Shown: piece after piece, positions 10,441-24,012 of the stretch
How the letters are laid out: each line of letters starts with the position of its first letter
Numbering within the stretch: the stretch's first letter is position 1
Assembly: GCF_001194135.2 (NCBI RefSeq)
Contig: NC_068994.1
Location: 35,940,094 to 36,004,093 of the forward strand
Direction of reading: 5' to 3'
Source of the DNA: Octopus bimaculoides
Lineage: Eukaryota
Length of the DNA: 64,000 bases
The notes under the pieces: model-generated
Seen by the model: only the letters and a program-made list of their open reading frames with translations
What the model was told of the DNA's origin: nothing
Databases searched by the model: none
Translations under genes and position numbers: made by a program

Positions 10441-11221
10441 GGATAGATAGATAGATAGATAGTGTGTGTACAAATGTGTCAGTGCTTATGTGAGTTGTCT
10501 GGCCTTGTTTTTGTTTATGTTTGTAGGTGTCCACTAATGCTGAGTCCTTAGCAATTCAATAAATATAGTTAACTAAAATAATTAGCTGTAACAAATACTG
10601 ATGTAGAAGGAGGTTAAAATGTGGTGCCCCACCATGGTCCTGCATTTATAACTGAAGCCACTAGAGGAATAAAACAGGAGACTGTCAACCTCATATATAC
10701 AGTTTCTGCAGAAGTTTACCATTACAACCCACTGTATAGCACTGAATGATCTAATTGCAAAAAAAGCTATTAGCAGCCTCTTTGAGGCTGACACAAGATA
10801 AGCAGAGAATCTAAGGTAGAATTAAGAATCTAATGTGGTGTTATCAATGTCTAACTAGGATTTCTTAGTCTAACAACAAAACTATGGTGCTGCTTTGTAA
10901 ATATTCTTAATCTCAAAGAATAAGTGGATATACAGTCTTATTGATTGTAATTTTTTCTGTTTTACTAATACTTATATACAATGATAACATTCACATTACA
11001 TAAGCATCTATGCATACAAACACATCTACAACCACCTATGTACAAGTGCATGTGCTTATGTATGTGCTGTCTGTCTGAGTGTACCTCTCTCTCTCTCTTT
11101 GTTTGCTTCTCTCTCCCTCTCCTTCTCCACCTGTGTGTGTGTGCAGGTGTGTGTGTTTATTGAATGTACACTGAATTAACGCACACACATATAAATGTAT
11201 TTTTTTGTGTGTGTGCATGTA

Positions 11222-11371
11222 TGTTTGTCTCCCTCACCATCACTTGACAAAAGAAACTGATAGAATAAGTACTAGGTTTACAAAAAATAAGTCCTGGAGG
11301 GTTGATTTCTTCGACTAACAGTGCTCCAGCATGGCCACAGTCAAATGATTGAAACAAGTAAATGAAGAAAA

Positions 11372-11372
<1 letters not shown>
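11222..11372 (+). mobile_element. SINE family A, 3' portion with internal deletion
   Basis: gatagaataagtactagg..aataagtcctgg..gtgctccagcatggccacagtcaaatgattgaaacaagtaa. Confidence 0.75.
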
Positions 11373-11411
<39 letters not shown>

Positions 11412-11774
11412 NNNNNNNNNNNNNNNNNNNNNNNNNNNNNNNNNNNNNNNNNNNNNNNNNNNNNNNNNNNNNNNNNNNNNNNNNNNNNNNNNNNNNNNNN
11501 NNNNNNNNNNNNNNNNNNNNNNNNNNNNNNNNNNNNNNNNNNNNNNNNNNNNNNNNNNNNNNNNNNNNNNNNNNNNNNNNNNNNNNNNNNNNNNNNNNNN
11601 NNNNNNNNNNNNNNNNNNNNNNNNNNNNNNNNNNNNNNNNNNNNNNNNNNNNNNNNNNNNNNNNNNNNNNNNNNNNNNNNNNNNNNNNNNNNNNNNNNNN
11701 NNNNNNNNNNNNNNNNNNNNNNNNNNNNNNNNNNNNNNNNNNNNNNNNNNNNNNNNNNNNNNNNNNNNNNNNNN

Positions 11775-12062
11775 TATGAAGGCCAGTCAGGCGGTACTGG
11801 CAACGGCCTTGCTCAAAATGGTGCATCTTATGTGCCACCTGCACAAGAGGCAGTCCAGGGGCACTGGCAACAATCTCACTTGGCTTCCTGGGCCTACCTC
11901 TTCCACGGGTTCCCTCAACTGTTAGGGTGTGGCACTTTTTCACGCAGCTATCCTCATTCATTCTCACCACATGTCCATACCAGCGCAATCGTCTCTCTTG
12001 CACACCACAACTGATGCTTCTTATGTTCAGCTTTTCTCTCAAGATACTTACACTCTGACGAA
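11775..12062 (-). mobile_element. RTE-clade LINE 3' fragment
   Basis: QSVSILREKLNIRSISCGVQERRLRWYGHVVRMNEDSCVKKCHTLTVEGTRGRGRPRK is the typical RRLRWYGHV.RM...G.R.RGRP C-terminus. Confidence 0.85.
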
Positions 12063-14329
12063 TATATATGCATATATATGCTACACATGAGGAGTGAATC
12101 CAAAACATTGTAAGTATATGTGTATGTCTGCAATATTTATATACATTTATGTGTGTGTATTTTTGTGTGTGTATATATATGTGTGTATGTATGTATGCAT
12201 GTATGTAGAAGGATTAGGTTGGGCTTGTGTGTGTATGTAAATTTTAAACACCTAGGTAGGTATAGAGAAAGGGAGGCAGAGTGCAAGAATAATAGCGAGA
12301 GAAGGAAGTAGAAAGAGAAATAGAGAGTGGTACATGTATTTTTAAATTTAAAAAAATTCCAATTTTATGACAAATGGTATAGTCCCAATAACCTGAATCA
12401 GTTCAACATTTTGTTATTAAAGGTTTTGTGTGTAAACCCCAGAGGGAAAAATCATGGAACAATTAGTCATTCTTCCTTCATCATTTTACAAAATATTATT
12501 TACTCATACACACACATGCATATGGAAATATGCACATAACATGTGAGTGAATATGTGTGTTTGTGTTTATGTCTGTCTGTGTGTGTGTGCACGCATGCAT
12601 GGATGAATAGTTATGTATGTGTGTGTATGCATCAGTAGGGAGATATAATTTCTGTGAAATATATTTTACAAGTTTGAAATCAAGCACCTATGATACTTTT
12701 ATCAAGTGTATATGAAAAAATTATGTGTATATTATGTATGTGTATTTGTGAACAAGTTAATAAGTCTATACATATATTGATACAGAACTTAGCCCCAGTT
12801 ATGAAATATTTCTTGCTAGTGACAAAAAAGTATAATGAAAATACATGCAAGCATACACCTATATACATAAGAGATTTTCAATGACAGATTTGGTCTGTGT
12901 AGATGGAGAGATTTATCTCCCTTGTATAATAGAACAGTTTTAAACATTCAATATCTTCTGGTCATCTGCTAACTTTTTCTAACAGCTAAGTTAAATAAAG
13001 CAAAGCAGAATAAAATATGTTGTACAGAAATGCATGCATACATACATACAAATTCATATATACCTAGAAGCACATACGCACACATATTTATCTTGTGTCA
13101 GATGATAAAATGTTATAGTGGGACAGAGAGACAGAAACAGGTGTCTTGCTGTAGAGGACGTATATATATATATATATATATATATAATGTATATCATATA
13201 ATGTGTTATATTTTATGTAACGGATGATAATATCCCTCTAGTTCAAAATGCTACTTTGCAAAACACAGTGCTCAGTATCATTGGTAGAGTAGAATTTAGG
13301 TGAGTCTGTATTAACTACTGCCCAGACTTTCTCATTCTCAATTCTCATGTAGCAGATGTTATAATATTTGAAATTTACTTAAATATACACCAGTCATGTT
13401 TATTCAATATTCACTGAAAACAAATTAACAGGAATTCTGAACACCACATATTGGTCCCTTTATGCAAGAGCGTATATGAATTCTATTGATTACAGAGTAT
13501 GACAAGTTCAGAGGAACCCATGTCCTGCTACTTACAATAAAGAACTCAATGATAAGTCTGAGAGTGAATGGCATGTTTAATTCATAATTGTTGATTCAAC
13601 AAAATGTATCTTGTTTCTTGTTTCATTTATGGTTCTTTGGAAACTAAGGAACAGTATTTAGATGAGCTAATTCATAACAAATAGCAAGAAGAAAAGAAGG
13701 AACATTTTATACATGCACATGCATGCACACACACATGCACACAAGCATGTACTAGTGCACACACATACACACACACACACACAAACACACACACATAAAA
13801 AATATCATTACTCTTAAGAGATAATAACATTAGTGGCCACAAGCTTAAAACCCTATAGGCAAAATTAATTGATATATATANNNNNNNNNNNNNNNNNNNN
13901 NNNNNNNNNNNNNNNNNNNNNNNNNNNNNNNNNNNNNNNNNNNNNNNNNNNNNNNNNNNNNNNNNNNNNNNNNNNNNNNNNNNNNNNNNNNNNNNNNNNN
14001 NNNNNNNNNNNNNNNNNNNNNNNNNNNNNNNNNNNNNNNNNNNNNNNNNNNNNNNNNNNNNNNNNNNNNNNNNNNNNNNNNNNNNNNNNNNNNNNNNNNN
14101 NNNNNNNNNNNNNNNNNNNNNNNNNNNNNNNNNNNNNNNNNNNNNNNNNNNNNNNNNNNNNNNNNNNNNNNNNNNNNNNNNNNNNNNNNNNNNNNNNNNN
14201 TATGATGATTTCGAATTTAGTGCCAAAAGCATTTGATTCTCTTAATCACTTAGTTTTTTTTTTCCAACCATGCCTTTAAAAATTTAGTGTAAATTCTTGT
14301 GGCTCCAGAGAGTTTTCGACTTCTATATA

Positions 14330-14364
<35 letters not shown>

Positions 14365-14389
14365 GGATGGATGTATGTATATATATACT

Positions 14390-14540
14390 GTATATTGCGT
14401 GGTAAGAAATTTACTTCCCAATCACATGGTCCTGGGCTCAGTCACACTGCATGCCACCTTGGGCTGACCAAAGCCTTGTGACTGGATTTGGTAGACAGAA
14501 ATTGAAAGATAAAGAAATAAGAAATTGAAAGAAGCCTGTC

Positions 14541-14543
<3 letters not shown>
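14390..14543 (+). mobile_element. SINE family A, 5' portion
   Basis: gtggtaagaaatttacttcccaatcacatggtcctgggctcagtc..gaccaaagccttgtgactggatttggtagac..gaaagaagcc. Confidence 0.7.
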
Positions 14544-14590
<47 letters not shown>

Positions 14591-15719
14591 ACATGCACAT
14601 GCATGCATGCATGCACACACACACACACACAGACAGAATTTCTATTCAAAATTCTACAACGAAAATGTTATTATTCTTAAGAAATACTTATGTGAATTAC
14701 TGTGATGAACCTTTATGTGCACAAACATTTGAAAATTGGCTAGTAGTAATGTGGAAAGAATACTTTACTAGTATTGTTTGGCAATAGGGTATTGTTAGTA
14801 GTGTAGAAATGTACAAGAAATTTATGATAAAACAGGATACTTGTGATAAATGATATAAGATCATTAATAGGCTTTTAAATGCTTTTCTTTATTTTCAAGT
14901 TTATAATTTGGAGGGACTCAAATTAGATCAGATCACATACACACTTACAAACACAAACCTACACACATAACAGCACATATAACACACTGGGCTAAACAAC
15001 AACACAAAAAGCAAGTGGAAAGGATTTATGCTCAATTTTTTCTGATTCCTTAGAAAAATTCAAAATCTTTTATATTTGTATATAAATAAAGAAAAGATTC
15101 ACCATTACCTCTGACTAATTTTTCTTTCTGTCATAATTAATATACATCAATATCTAGCTCTCATCCCCCATTCTCTCTCTCTCCCATATATATATATTTA
15201 TATGCACATATATATATGTATGTGTGTGTGTGTGTGTGTGTGTTTTGTCTGTGTTTGTCACCACTTGACAACCAGTGTTTACGTCCTTATGTATGTATGT
15301 ATGAATTTATTTCTGGAATAAGATGCTAAGAGGTTATTCATTCTATACATGATCCCAGTATCCATAATCTGGTATTTAAACCCATTGAGTCTGAAGGTGT
15401 TTGAACAGTAATTGTCATTCTTAGTGCTTTCTCTAGAGCTTTTGTACAGTAAGTGAAATAGCTACTACTCTGAAATGAAGTAGAACTATACAATCTTGGT
15501 GGAATAGGAGAATAATGCTTATGTTCCATATTTGTGTGTACGTGTGTGTTTGTGTGTGCATGCGCACATGTGTCATGTGTGTTAATCAAAAGTTATTAGT
15601 AGTGAGTCTGAAATAATTCAGTTTGCCAACACAAAATTATCGCAGATTTTATACAATTTTAACATAGTTTTGTATTGAGTAATTTGAATTTTTGCTGGAA
15701 AATACTAATATATATATTA

Positions 15720-15923
15720 TATATATATGTATGTATGTATGTATGTGTGTATATATATACATATATATATATATGTATGTACATGTATGTGTGTGTGTGT
15801 GTATATATGTATGTATGTGTGTATATATACATATATATATATATGTATGTACATGTATGTGTGTGTGTATGTATGTATGTATGTATGTGTGTATATATAC
15901 ATATATATATATATGTATGTACA

Positions 15924-15958
<35 letters not shown>

Positions 15959-16050
15959 GTATATATACATATATATATATATATGTATGTACATGTATGT
16001 GTGTGTGTGTATATATATATGTATGTATATATATATATATATATATATAC
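15720..16050. repeat. 70-bp-period minisatellite built from (AT)/(GT)/(GTAT) blocks
   Basis: Marker ACATGT at 15781, 15851, 15921 and 15991. Confidence 0.85.
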
Positions 16051-16740
16051 ACACTTTTATTCAAAAGTGTTATTTACATATTCTAAATGGAAAAAATATA
16101 TTAAACTACAATTCCTGATTGCAATTAAAGAAAGTACCGGTGGGCATAATGATATTTTTCTTGCTTTTCTTTTTTTTTTCCCATCAGGACTTTATTTGAT
16201 TTAAAACTAAATCTTCAGTAACATTAAATTGCAAATGATATTAATTTAAATGTTGCTTGCTTTGCTTGCTTTATGATTAATAAAACCCAACATACACAGA
16301 AGTATGTATATCATTGTATGCAAGCTTTCTTATCTCCACTGTTTTCCATACTGGAATGGCTTAGACAGATCTAGTACATAGTATATTAACCTATAGTACA
16401 CTAAAACACTAAAGGCAATCCATACCATACGAGTTTTTTCTCCCAGTAGCTGTAGCTACATTGTGTTGCACTGAGAGGGGAGAAAACTCGTACAGCAACA
16501 TGATTTGCCTTCAATGTGCTAAAGATTAACCTTGATCATTCATTACCACTTCAGTGAGGCTCAGCATTCTAAGACCTAAACTCATTATCATGTCTTATTC
16601 TGCTGTTGTACCAATCCTTTGGAGTATAAGGAATGTCAAGAAGGGGAAGCATCTTTGACAAGTAAACATGTTGCACTCTTTCAGGTGGTTCAGCCACTCT
16701 CGTCCCCTTCTGGCATCCAACTCTCACCTGTAGCTCCAAG

Positions 16741-17104
16741 CAGGACCAGATTTAAAGCATGGGTAACCCGGGGCACTTCTATTTTAGTGGGCCCCTCATA
16801 CACAAGAATTAAAATCTTGGAAAATTACCAAGTTTAAATCTCAAAACCCATCTATTTTTTCATTGAATTAATTGGTGTCTCAAAGGTAGTAAAATCTATG
16901 GTTATTATCACAAAAGAGAATCCATTACATTTTTTAAGAAGCCAAGATACCTTTGTATATTAAAAGAGAGCCTCTTCATGCCTGATTGTTTGGAGGTGGA
17001 TCCACCCTGTACTAAGTGCTACATACCCTTTGTAGCAGAGGCCCCAATAACCTGCAGTGGCCCGGGGCAATTACCTCCTTTGCCACCCTATAAATCTGGC
17101 CCTG
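16741..17104. mobile_element. Non-autonomous hAT-type MITE
   Basis: TIRs CAGGACCAGATTTA / CAGGGCCAGATTTA (14 bp, 1 mismatch); perfect 8-bp TSD GCTCCAAG at 16733-16740 and 17105-17112. Confidence 0.9.
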
Positions 17105-17711
17105 GCTCCAAGTGGCAGTTTGCATGCAATGGCCACTACCTCGTAAACCACTTCAACTGGCGAACTAAATCAAGTGAAGGTATCCAATGAATATATAACT
17201 TTTGATGAGTTAGGGCTTGCCTACCTATACATATGAAAACTGAACCCAGTGGACTCTGCAGAAGAAACCAATGGCGATTTTAGTGAATAAGTTCACTCTT
17301 TAGTATTTCAAGATATCTGTTAAAATGAGATGTCTGTCATTTTCATATTTGCCTAATTTGGACAACAATATATTCACTGCAACCTGTATATAGACACACA
17401 TACACACAGACAGACACACACACATGCACACACACACATATATATACATACATATTTATATATATATATATACATATGTACATATATATACATACACATA
17501 TATGCACACGCATGCACATACATATGCGTGTGTGTGTGTGTGCACGCATACATATGTATGTGCACATGTGTGTATATATATAGATATGTATGTATAAAGC
17601 TATATATAATAGCATCTAAATATATATACTTCATGATCCAATTCTAAAAAAAATTAATTCTACATTCTCTCAAAAGTTTATAAATTCTTCTGACATCAAC
17701 TACATACATAC

Positions 17712-17794
<83 letters not shown>

Positions 17795-19119
17795 ATATGC
17801 TTCTTCCAGTTTCTGTCTCCTAAATCCACTCATAATGGTTTGGACAGCCTGGGACAATAGTTGAAAACACTTGCCCAAGTTGCCCATGTCTGAGACTCTG
17901 ACTCCTCTCACACCTGTTCAATTTATACCAGCAAAGAAAACATATATATGTTTGTTTGTGTGTGTGTGTTGTGACATAGCATGAAGAACAGGGCCCTCTG
18001 GTCATAAAACCAAAGATTTCTGGTCATCCATATGGAGGGACAAACCTATGATAGAGAGTTGAGGAGAAAACAAGTTATTTGGTATGCATCTAATGTCAAA
18101 ATCAATGTTCCCTAAGTCTTTTTTCAGATCTCACCAAAATCTTTTCCTCTGCACCATATGTATTATAGCATTTTCAACAAGTAAACCATAAAGTTATATT
18201 ACTCTGTCACCCTGAATATGGCCTGTATAATAGCTGCTCCAAATAGCTTGAAGCTTTCTAAACATAATGTGTGACCCTGCTTCAGGAAAGCAAAAGATTC
18301 AGAAGCTACCCCAACCCAGGTTGCACACAACTTGGGGTCTGCTCTGGGAGAATATGTGAAGGTGAGAATGATCACAGGACAGTTGGACCTTCATGGAATT
18401 CTTCAGATTTGCATGAACCTAGATCCTACAACCTGAGCTACACTCATCTGGTATGGAGCCCACCACCTCCTACTGCACTGAGAGTCCCCAACCAACCAGT
18501 TCAGCAAAAAGCATAACCCAGGTGCAACTTTCAAATCTCTTGGATTTCTGCTTAGGTGGGCAGTGCATACATATGTATAATGAATATAAGTGTGAGGTAA
18601 TAACACACAATAATAGAAAATTTTACAGGCAAGTCGCAGTTAACCCTAAAACATAATGTATTTCTAAATAAGCAATTCTTTTCCAATCTAGGACTTAAGC
18701 ACTCTACCTCAGTAGCTGATTATGCCTATGAATTAGATAATTATAAGTCTAGCTACACTGATTGGTACTAGGACACTTAATACGTTCCAAAAAGATAGGT
18801 ATTCATACAGAAGGAAAGATAGGAGATTAAATTAGCTAATAAGTCTTATGTATTGGAGGTTTGAATTACCACATACAATTGATGAGTTACAGAGATGTAT
18901 AAAAAAAGATGGAATAAAACCCAGGAAAACAATCAAAATTGCATGGTTGGCCTATACATATATATATATATATATATATGATTAACATCATCACTTTAAC
19001 TTTCATTCTTCCATGCTTCCTTGGATCACACAGATTTAATTGTCTTTCTGTCACAAATCCTCACCTAGTTTCCAAGCAAGGCCATATTTCCTCATGGCCA
19101 AACATGCTTTCACAGAATA

Positions 19120-19478
19120 TTAAAAACCAAGAAACTGTTTGTAGGATAGTGATAAAGGACTCCCACTTCAGTTATGAATGACCATGTGATTGCACCTAAG
19201 AAGTTCCCCTGCAAGGCACAAGTTCAGGCAAGGATATTTATGGAAGACCAGTAGTTGCCCATGCATACCAGTCTCCCCTTGATGTTATCCAAGGAAAGGC
19301 AAAGGTCAATACAGCTTTGTACCAGAGATGTCACAACTCATTTCTACAGCTGAGTGAACCAGAGCAATGTGAAATAAAGTGTCTTGCTCAAGAACACAAC
19401 ATACAGCCTAGTTCAGGAATCAAACTCACTACCTCATGATTGTGAGCCTGATGCTCTAACCACTGAGCCATGGGCCTT
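19120..19478 (-). mobile_element. tRNA-derived CORE-like SINE, family E
   Basis: gagcaatgtgaaataaagtgtcttgctcaagaacacaac..caggaatcaaactc..ctctaaccactgagccat; the same block occurs at 31335-31562 and 63170-63345. Confidence 0.75.
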
Positions 19479-19540
19479 CTCATATGACAGTGATACTCAT
19501 TTACAATTATCACACATTGTCACAAACATACATGCACTCA

Positions 19541-19665
<125 letters not shown>

Positions 19666-20077
19666 TACACACACACATATACACAATAAACTTCTTACAG
19701 TTTCTGTACATCAAATCAACTCACATGGTTTGGTCAACCGAAGATGCCACACAGTGAGACTGAACCTGAAACCATGAGACTAGGAAGTGTATGCATTTGT
19801 CCATGCATTGTGAACAAGATTGTCTCCACATGCCTTTGACTAACATCAGTAAGGTACTGGTGACATCATTTATGTCCCAGCTAGATAAAAATAATATAAT
19901 CCAGTAACTTCGTATATTGATAAGGAGACACAGAATAAAACAGCTTACTTGCAAAATAGCTGGAGTTGGAGTTCATATAAGGAAGGTTATCTGACCATAG
20001 AATACTTTTTCAACAAGTTTCAGCCAATCCAAACCAGTACGAATTTAAAAGAATGACAATTATTATTATTATTATTA

Positions 20078-20250
20078 AAGATATGACATAATATACAAAG
20101 ATATGCCATAATATACATCTGGAAGATCCTCGAAGGAATTGTCCCAAACTTTGGCATCAAAAGTTACACAAATAGATCTGGACGCCATTGCATAGTGCTA
20201 AGGACTCCAAATTTGCCATGAAGATGTAGGACAAGATACTGCAATAGCCT
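20078..20250 (+). mobile_element. CR1-like LINE C-terminal fragment
   Basis: RYAIIYIWKILEGIVPNFGIKSYTNRSGRHCIV..RTRYCNSL; flanked by (TTA)n/(TAA)n, with a small tandem duplication at the 5' edge. Confidence 0.65.
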
Positions 20251-20257
20251 TATTTGA

Positions 20258-20329
<72 letters not shown>

Positions 20330-20887
20330 CCTCACCTTTCAATTTTGTTTCCATTTCTTGCTGAATGCCTTCTTGACACCTAGGGCAAAGAAACTCGCTG
20401 TATACATTTGTAGGCCATTAACTATTATTATTATTATTATTATTATTATTGATGATAGTGATGAGGGTGGGGAAGAGGAGATGAAGGACATGACAAATAT
20501 GTGATGCATGATTCAACAAGGACTAGAATTTCCTTGCATGCACATAGTTCTTCACTGCCTGATTACAAAACTCTACACACACTGGCCAGAAGCATATACA
20601 GAATAAAAGTGGAGAAAGAAAATAAAAAAAGAAACAGAAGCTAAGCAGCAAACATGTTCATTTTATCCAGCAGAATATAAGCTTTCAAAAGCTGAGTGCA
20701 CAAACACGTCTTGTCATCATTTTCACCCACAAATAATGCAGTGAACCATTGATTGGTACGGTGAATTGCTCTTTGAGTTTAAATATCCAATAATGATATT
20801 GTTTGAGAAGGCTTGATAAAGTGACAAAATAAAAGCATTTATATATTCATACACATATATATACACACACACACATATATACAGATG

Positions 20888-20936
<49 letters not shown>

Positions 20937-21041
20937 GTAAATATATATATACATGCATACTTGTATACATATATACATGTGTGTTTGTGCATGTGTGTGT
21001 GTTTGTGCGTGTGTGTGTTTGTGCGTGTGTGTGTGTGTGTT

Positions 21042-21072
<31 letters not shown>

Positions 21073-21494
21073 AAAAACATCATTTTCACCATCATCATTT
21101 TATCCTTTTTATGTCTGCTTTTAACACTGGCTTGAGATGGATGGGTTGTCATAGTCGTAGTCCACAAGTATTTAGGATACCACTGACCTAAATAGACTGG
21201 ATGAGAAGAGATGTATCATTCTTGCTCATGTTTCATATTTGACATGGTTTCAACAACTAAATGCCCTTTCTAACATCAACACGTTGTTTAGGAGAATATC
21301 CAGTCATAGAGTGTGCAAGTCTCTTTTTGACATAGCATTACAATTAGAAATGTGACAAAATTAAAAGATACCTTACAGTCTCACTTATCACAGTTGGGGC
21401 ATTTTTAATGGCACCAGTAATTGAGAGGTAACTAAGTTCTTGACATGACTAAAGGTGTCACAGTAATTACCTATATATTTATCTGTCTTTCAAT

Positions 21495-21530
<36 letters not shown>

Positions 21531-21543
21531 GCACATGTATGTC

Positions 21544-21586
<43 letters not shown>

Positions 21587-21587
21587 G

Positions 21588-21738
21588 GGAGTGGCTGTGT
21601 GGTAAGAAGCTTGCTTCCTAAACACATGGTTCTCGGTACAGTCCCACTGTGTGGCACCTTGGGCAAGTGTCTTCTACTATAGCCTTGGGCCAACCAAAGC
21701 TTTGTTAGTGGATTTGGCAGATGGAAACTGAAAGAAGC

Positions 21739-21784
<46 letters not shown>

Positions 21785-22030
21785 CATATCTAGATATATA
21801 TGATTATATATGTGTGTGTTTGTGTGTCTGTGTTTGTCCTCCCACCATCGCTTGACAATCCATGTTGATGCGCTTACGTCCTCGTAACTTAGCTCTTCAG
21901 TAAAGCACACCGATAGACGAAGTACTAGGCTTACAAAGAATAAGTTCTGGGGTCAATTTGTTTGACTAAAGGTAGTGCTCCAGCATGGCTGCAGTGAAAT
22001 GACTAAAACAAGCAAAGGAATAAATGAATA
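21588..22030 (+). mobile_element. tRNA-derived SINE, family A (full length)
   Basis: gtggctgtgtggtaagaagcttgcttcc head, gtggcaccttgggcaagtgtcttc core, internal (AT)n, tail gtgctccagcatggctgcagtgaaatgactaaaacaag. Confidence 0.85.
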
Positions 22031-22272
22031 TATATATATATATACACATTACATTGTGAAATGGCTGTCTGTGACTGTAAGGAGCTTTGTCTCCCTTGTC
22101 AGCTTAGTAAGAGAGTGCTCTTGTGGCTAATTAGTCATTCTGACTCTTGTTTCTAGCAATGCTGGTGCCATGTTGTACCCTTTGTCACTTTAGCAACATC
22201 TATAAGTTTGCTCTTAGGTTGTTAAATTGCTAATAAACCACCATATTATTTACAGCATACACACATGTATAT

Positions 22273-22342
<70 letters not shown>

Positions 22343-22357
22343 ACATATATACATTAC

Positions 22358-22401
<44 letters not shown>

Positions 22402-23138
22402 TTGTGTGTGTGCGTGTATGATGTTCTTTCTATCTAATTTTTATTTCCATTACACCTTTTCCAATTTGCTACTGCCTCTTCCCTTAGCTTCAAGTTATAA
22501 GATGCTAAATAATGCTACATCATACATTTACACATAGACACACAAATATCTCTTAGCTTCAGTCTCCAGCTATGTGTTTTCCTTCTTTCTTTTATTTCGC
22601 CTCTCCTCTTTAGCCTTATCCTTTCTGTTCTATTTTCTACCATAGTCACAATTTCCCCCACTCCTTTGTAATAAACTTATTTTTGATTTACATTTTATTC
22701 TTTTATTCAATATTATTCTTTTTCTATGATACTCATTTGCTCTTGTTCTAATTTTAATTTTTAATTCTTATTTCCATTTAAATTCTATTTTAATCACTTT
22801 CAACATCTTATTTCTGATAAGATCTTTCTTGTTTTATGTATTTTTTTACACCAGTTTCTAAGAATTTTCAGTATCAAATTTTAACTTTCATTTGGCTCAC
22901 CTTAGTGTTTATATATTCCAATTATGGTCAATTGCTTTTATCCAACAGATTTCTCTTATTTTGAAAATTAATTGCCCAATCATCTTTAAATGTTTATTCG
23001 ATGAGTTGGTAGTCATGAATACTTGTAAATACTTATAAACTATTGCATTGTTGTAAATACTTACAACTCTCTCATGGTTGCTTACATAAAATTCTAAGTA
23101 ACAGCTTGTGAATTTTTTAAGTTTCAATAAAATATTAT

Positions 23139-23177
<39 letters not shown>

Positions 23178-23953
23178 NNNNNNNNNNNNNNNNNNNNNNN
23201 NNNNNNNNNNNNNNNNNNNNNNNNNNNNNNNNNNNNNNNNNNNNNNNNNNNNNNNNNNNNNNNNNNNNNNNNNNNNNNNNNNNNNNNNNNNNNNNNNNNN
23301 NNNNNNNNNNNNNNNNNNNNNNNNNNNNNNNNNNNNNNNNNNNNNNNNNNNNNNNNNNNNNNNNNNNNNNNNNNNNNNNNNNNNNNNNNNNNNNNNNNNN
23401 NNNNNNNNNNNNNNNNNNNNNNNNNNNNNNNNNNNNNNNNNNNNNNNNNNNNNNNNNNNNNNNNNNNNNNNNNNNNNNNNNNNNNNNNNNNNNNNNNNNN
23501 NNNNNNNNNNNNNNNNNNNNNNNNNNNNNNNNNNNNNNNNNNNNNNNNNNNNNNNNNNNNNNNNNNNNNNNNNNNNNNNNNNNNNNNNNNNNNNNNNNNN
23601 NNNNNNNNNNTAGAAAACAAACTTATTTTATTCCACACGGGTAGAAATATAGGAAAAAGTAGAAGTTGAAAATGCACTGAGAATAGTTGAAATATTTTTT
23701 ATCAATATATTTGAAGCTTTAACCGGTTTGACAATTTACACTGATTTTCAAAAAGTTCAAATAGAAAGATATGGTTTTATGTCACAGTTGTCTTGCTTCT
23801 GACTAGTGTATGAAGTTTGCACTGTTCATATAGGGAGTTTATGGCTCAAATTAGGATAAGTTTTGAATAGGATTTGATTGGTAGAGAATACTCACATGAC
23901 TGGTCTTAGAAATTTTTGTAGGTTCCCCAAGTGACAATGTTTAGCGTTTATAC

Positions 23954-24012
<59 letters not shown>

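Noticed and set aside
10582-10794. Coding-like stretch with open frames on both strands
   Set aside because: No recognisable motif or convincing splice boundaries.
18286-18361. 76-nt plus-strand exon candidate (cttcAG...AAG/GTGAGA; KAKDSEATPTQVAHNLGSALGEYVK)
   Set aside because: Unlinked to other exons, and the surrounding sequence may be a decayed retroelement ORF1; it cannot be supported.
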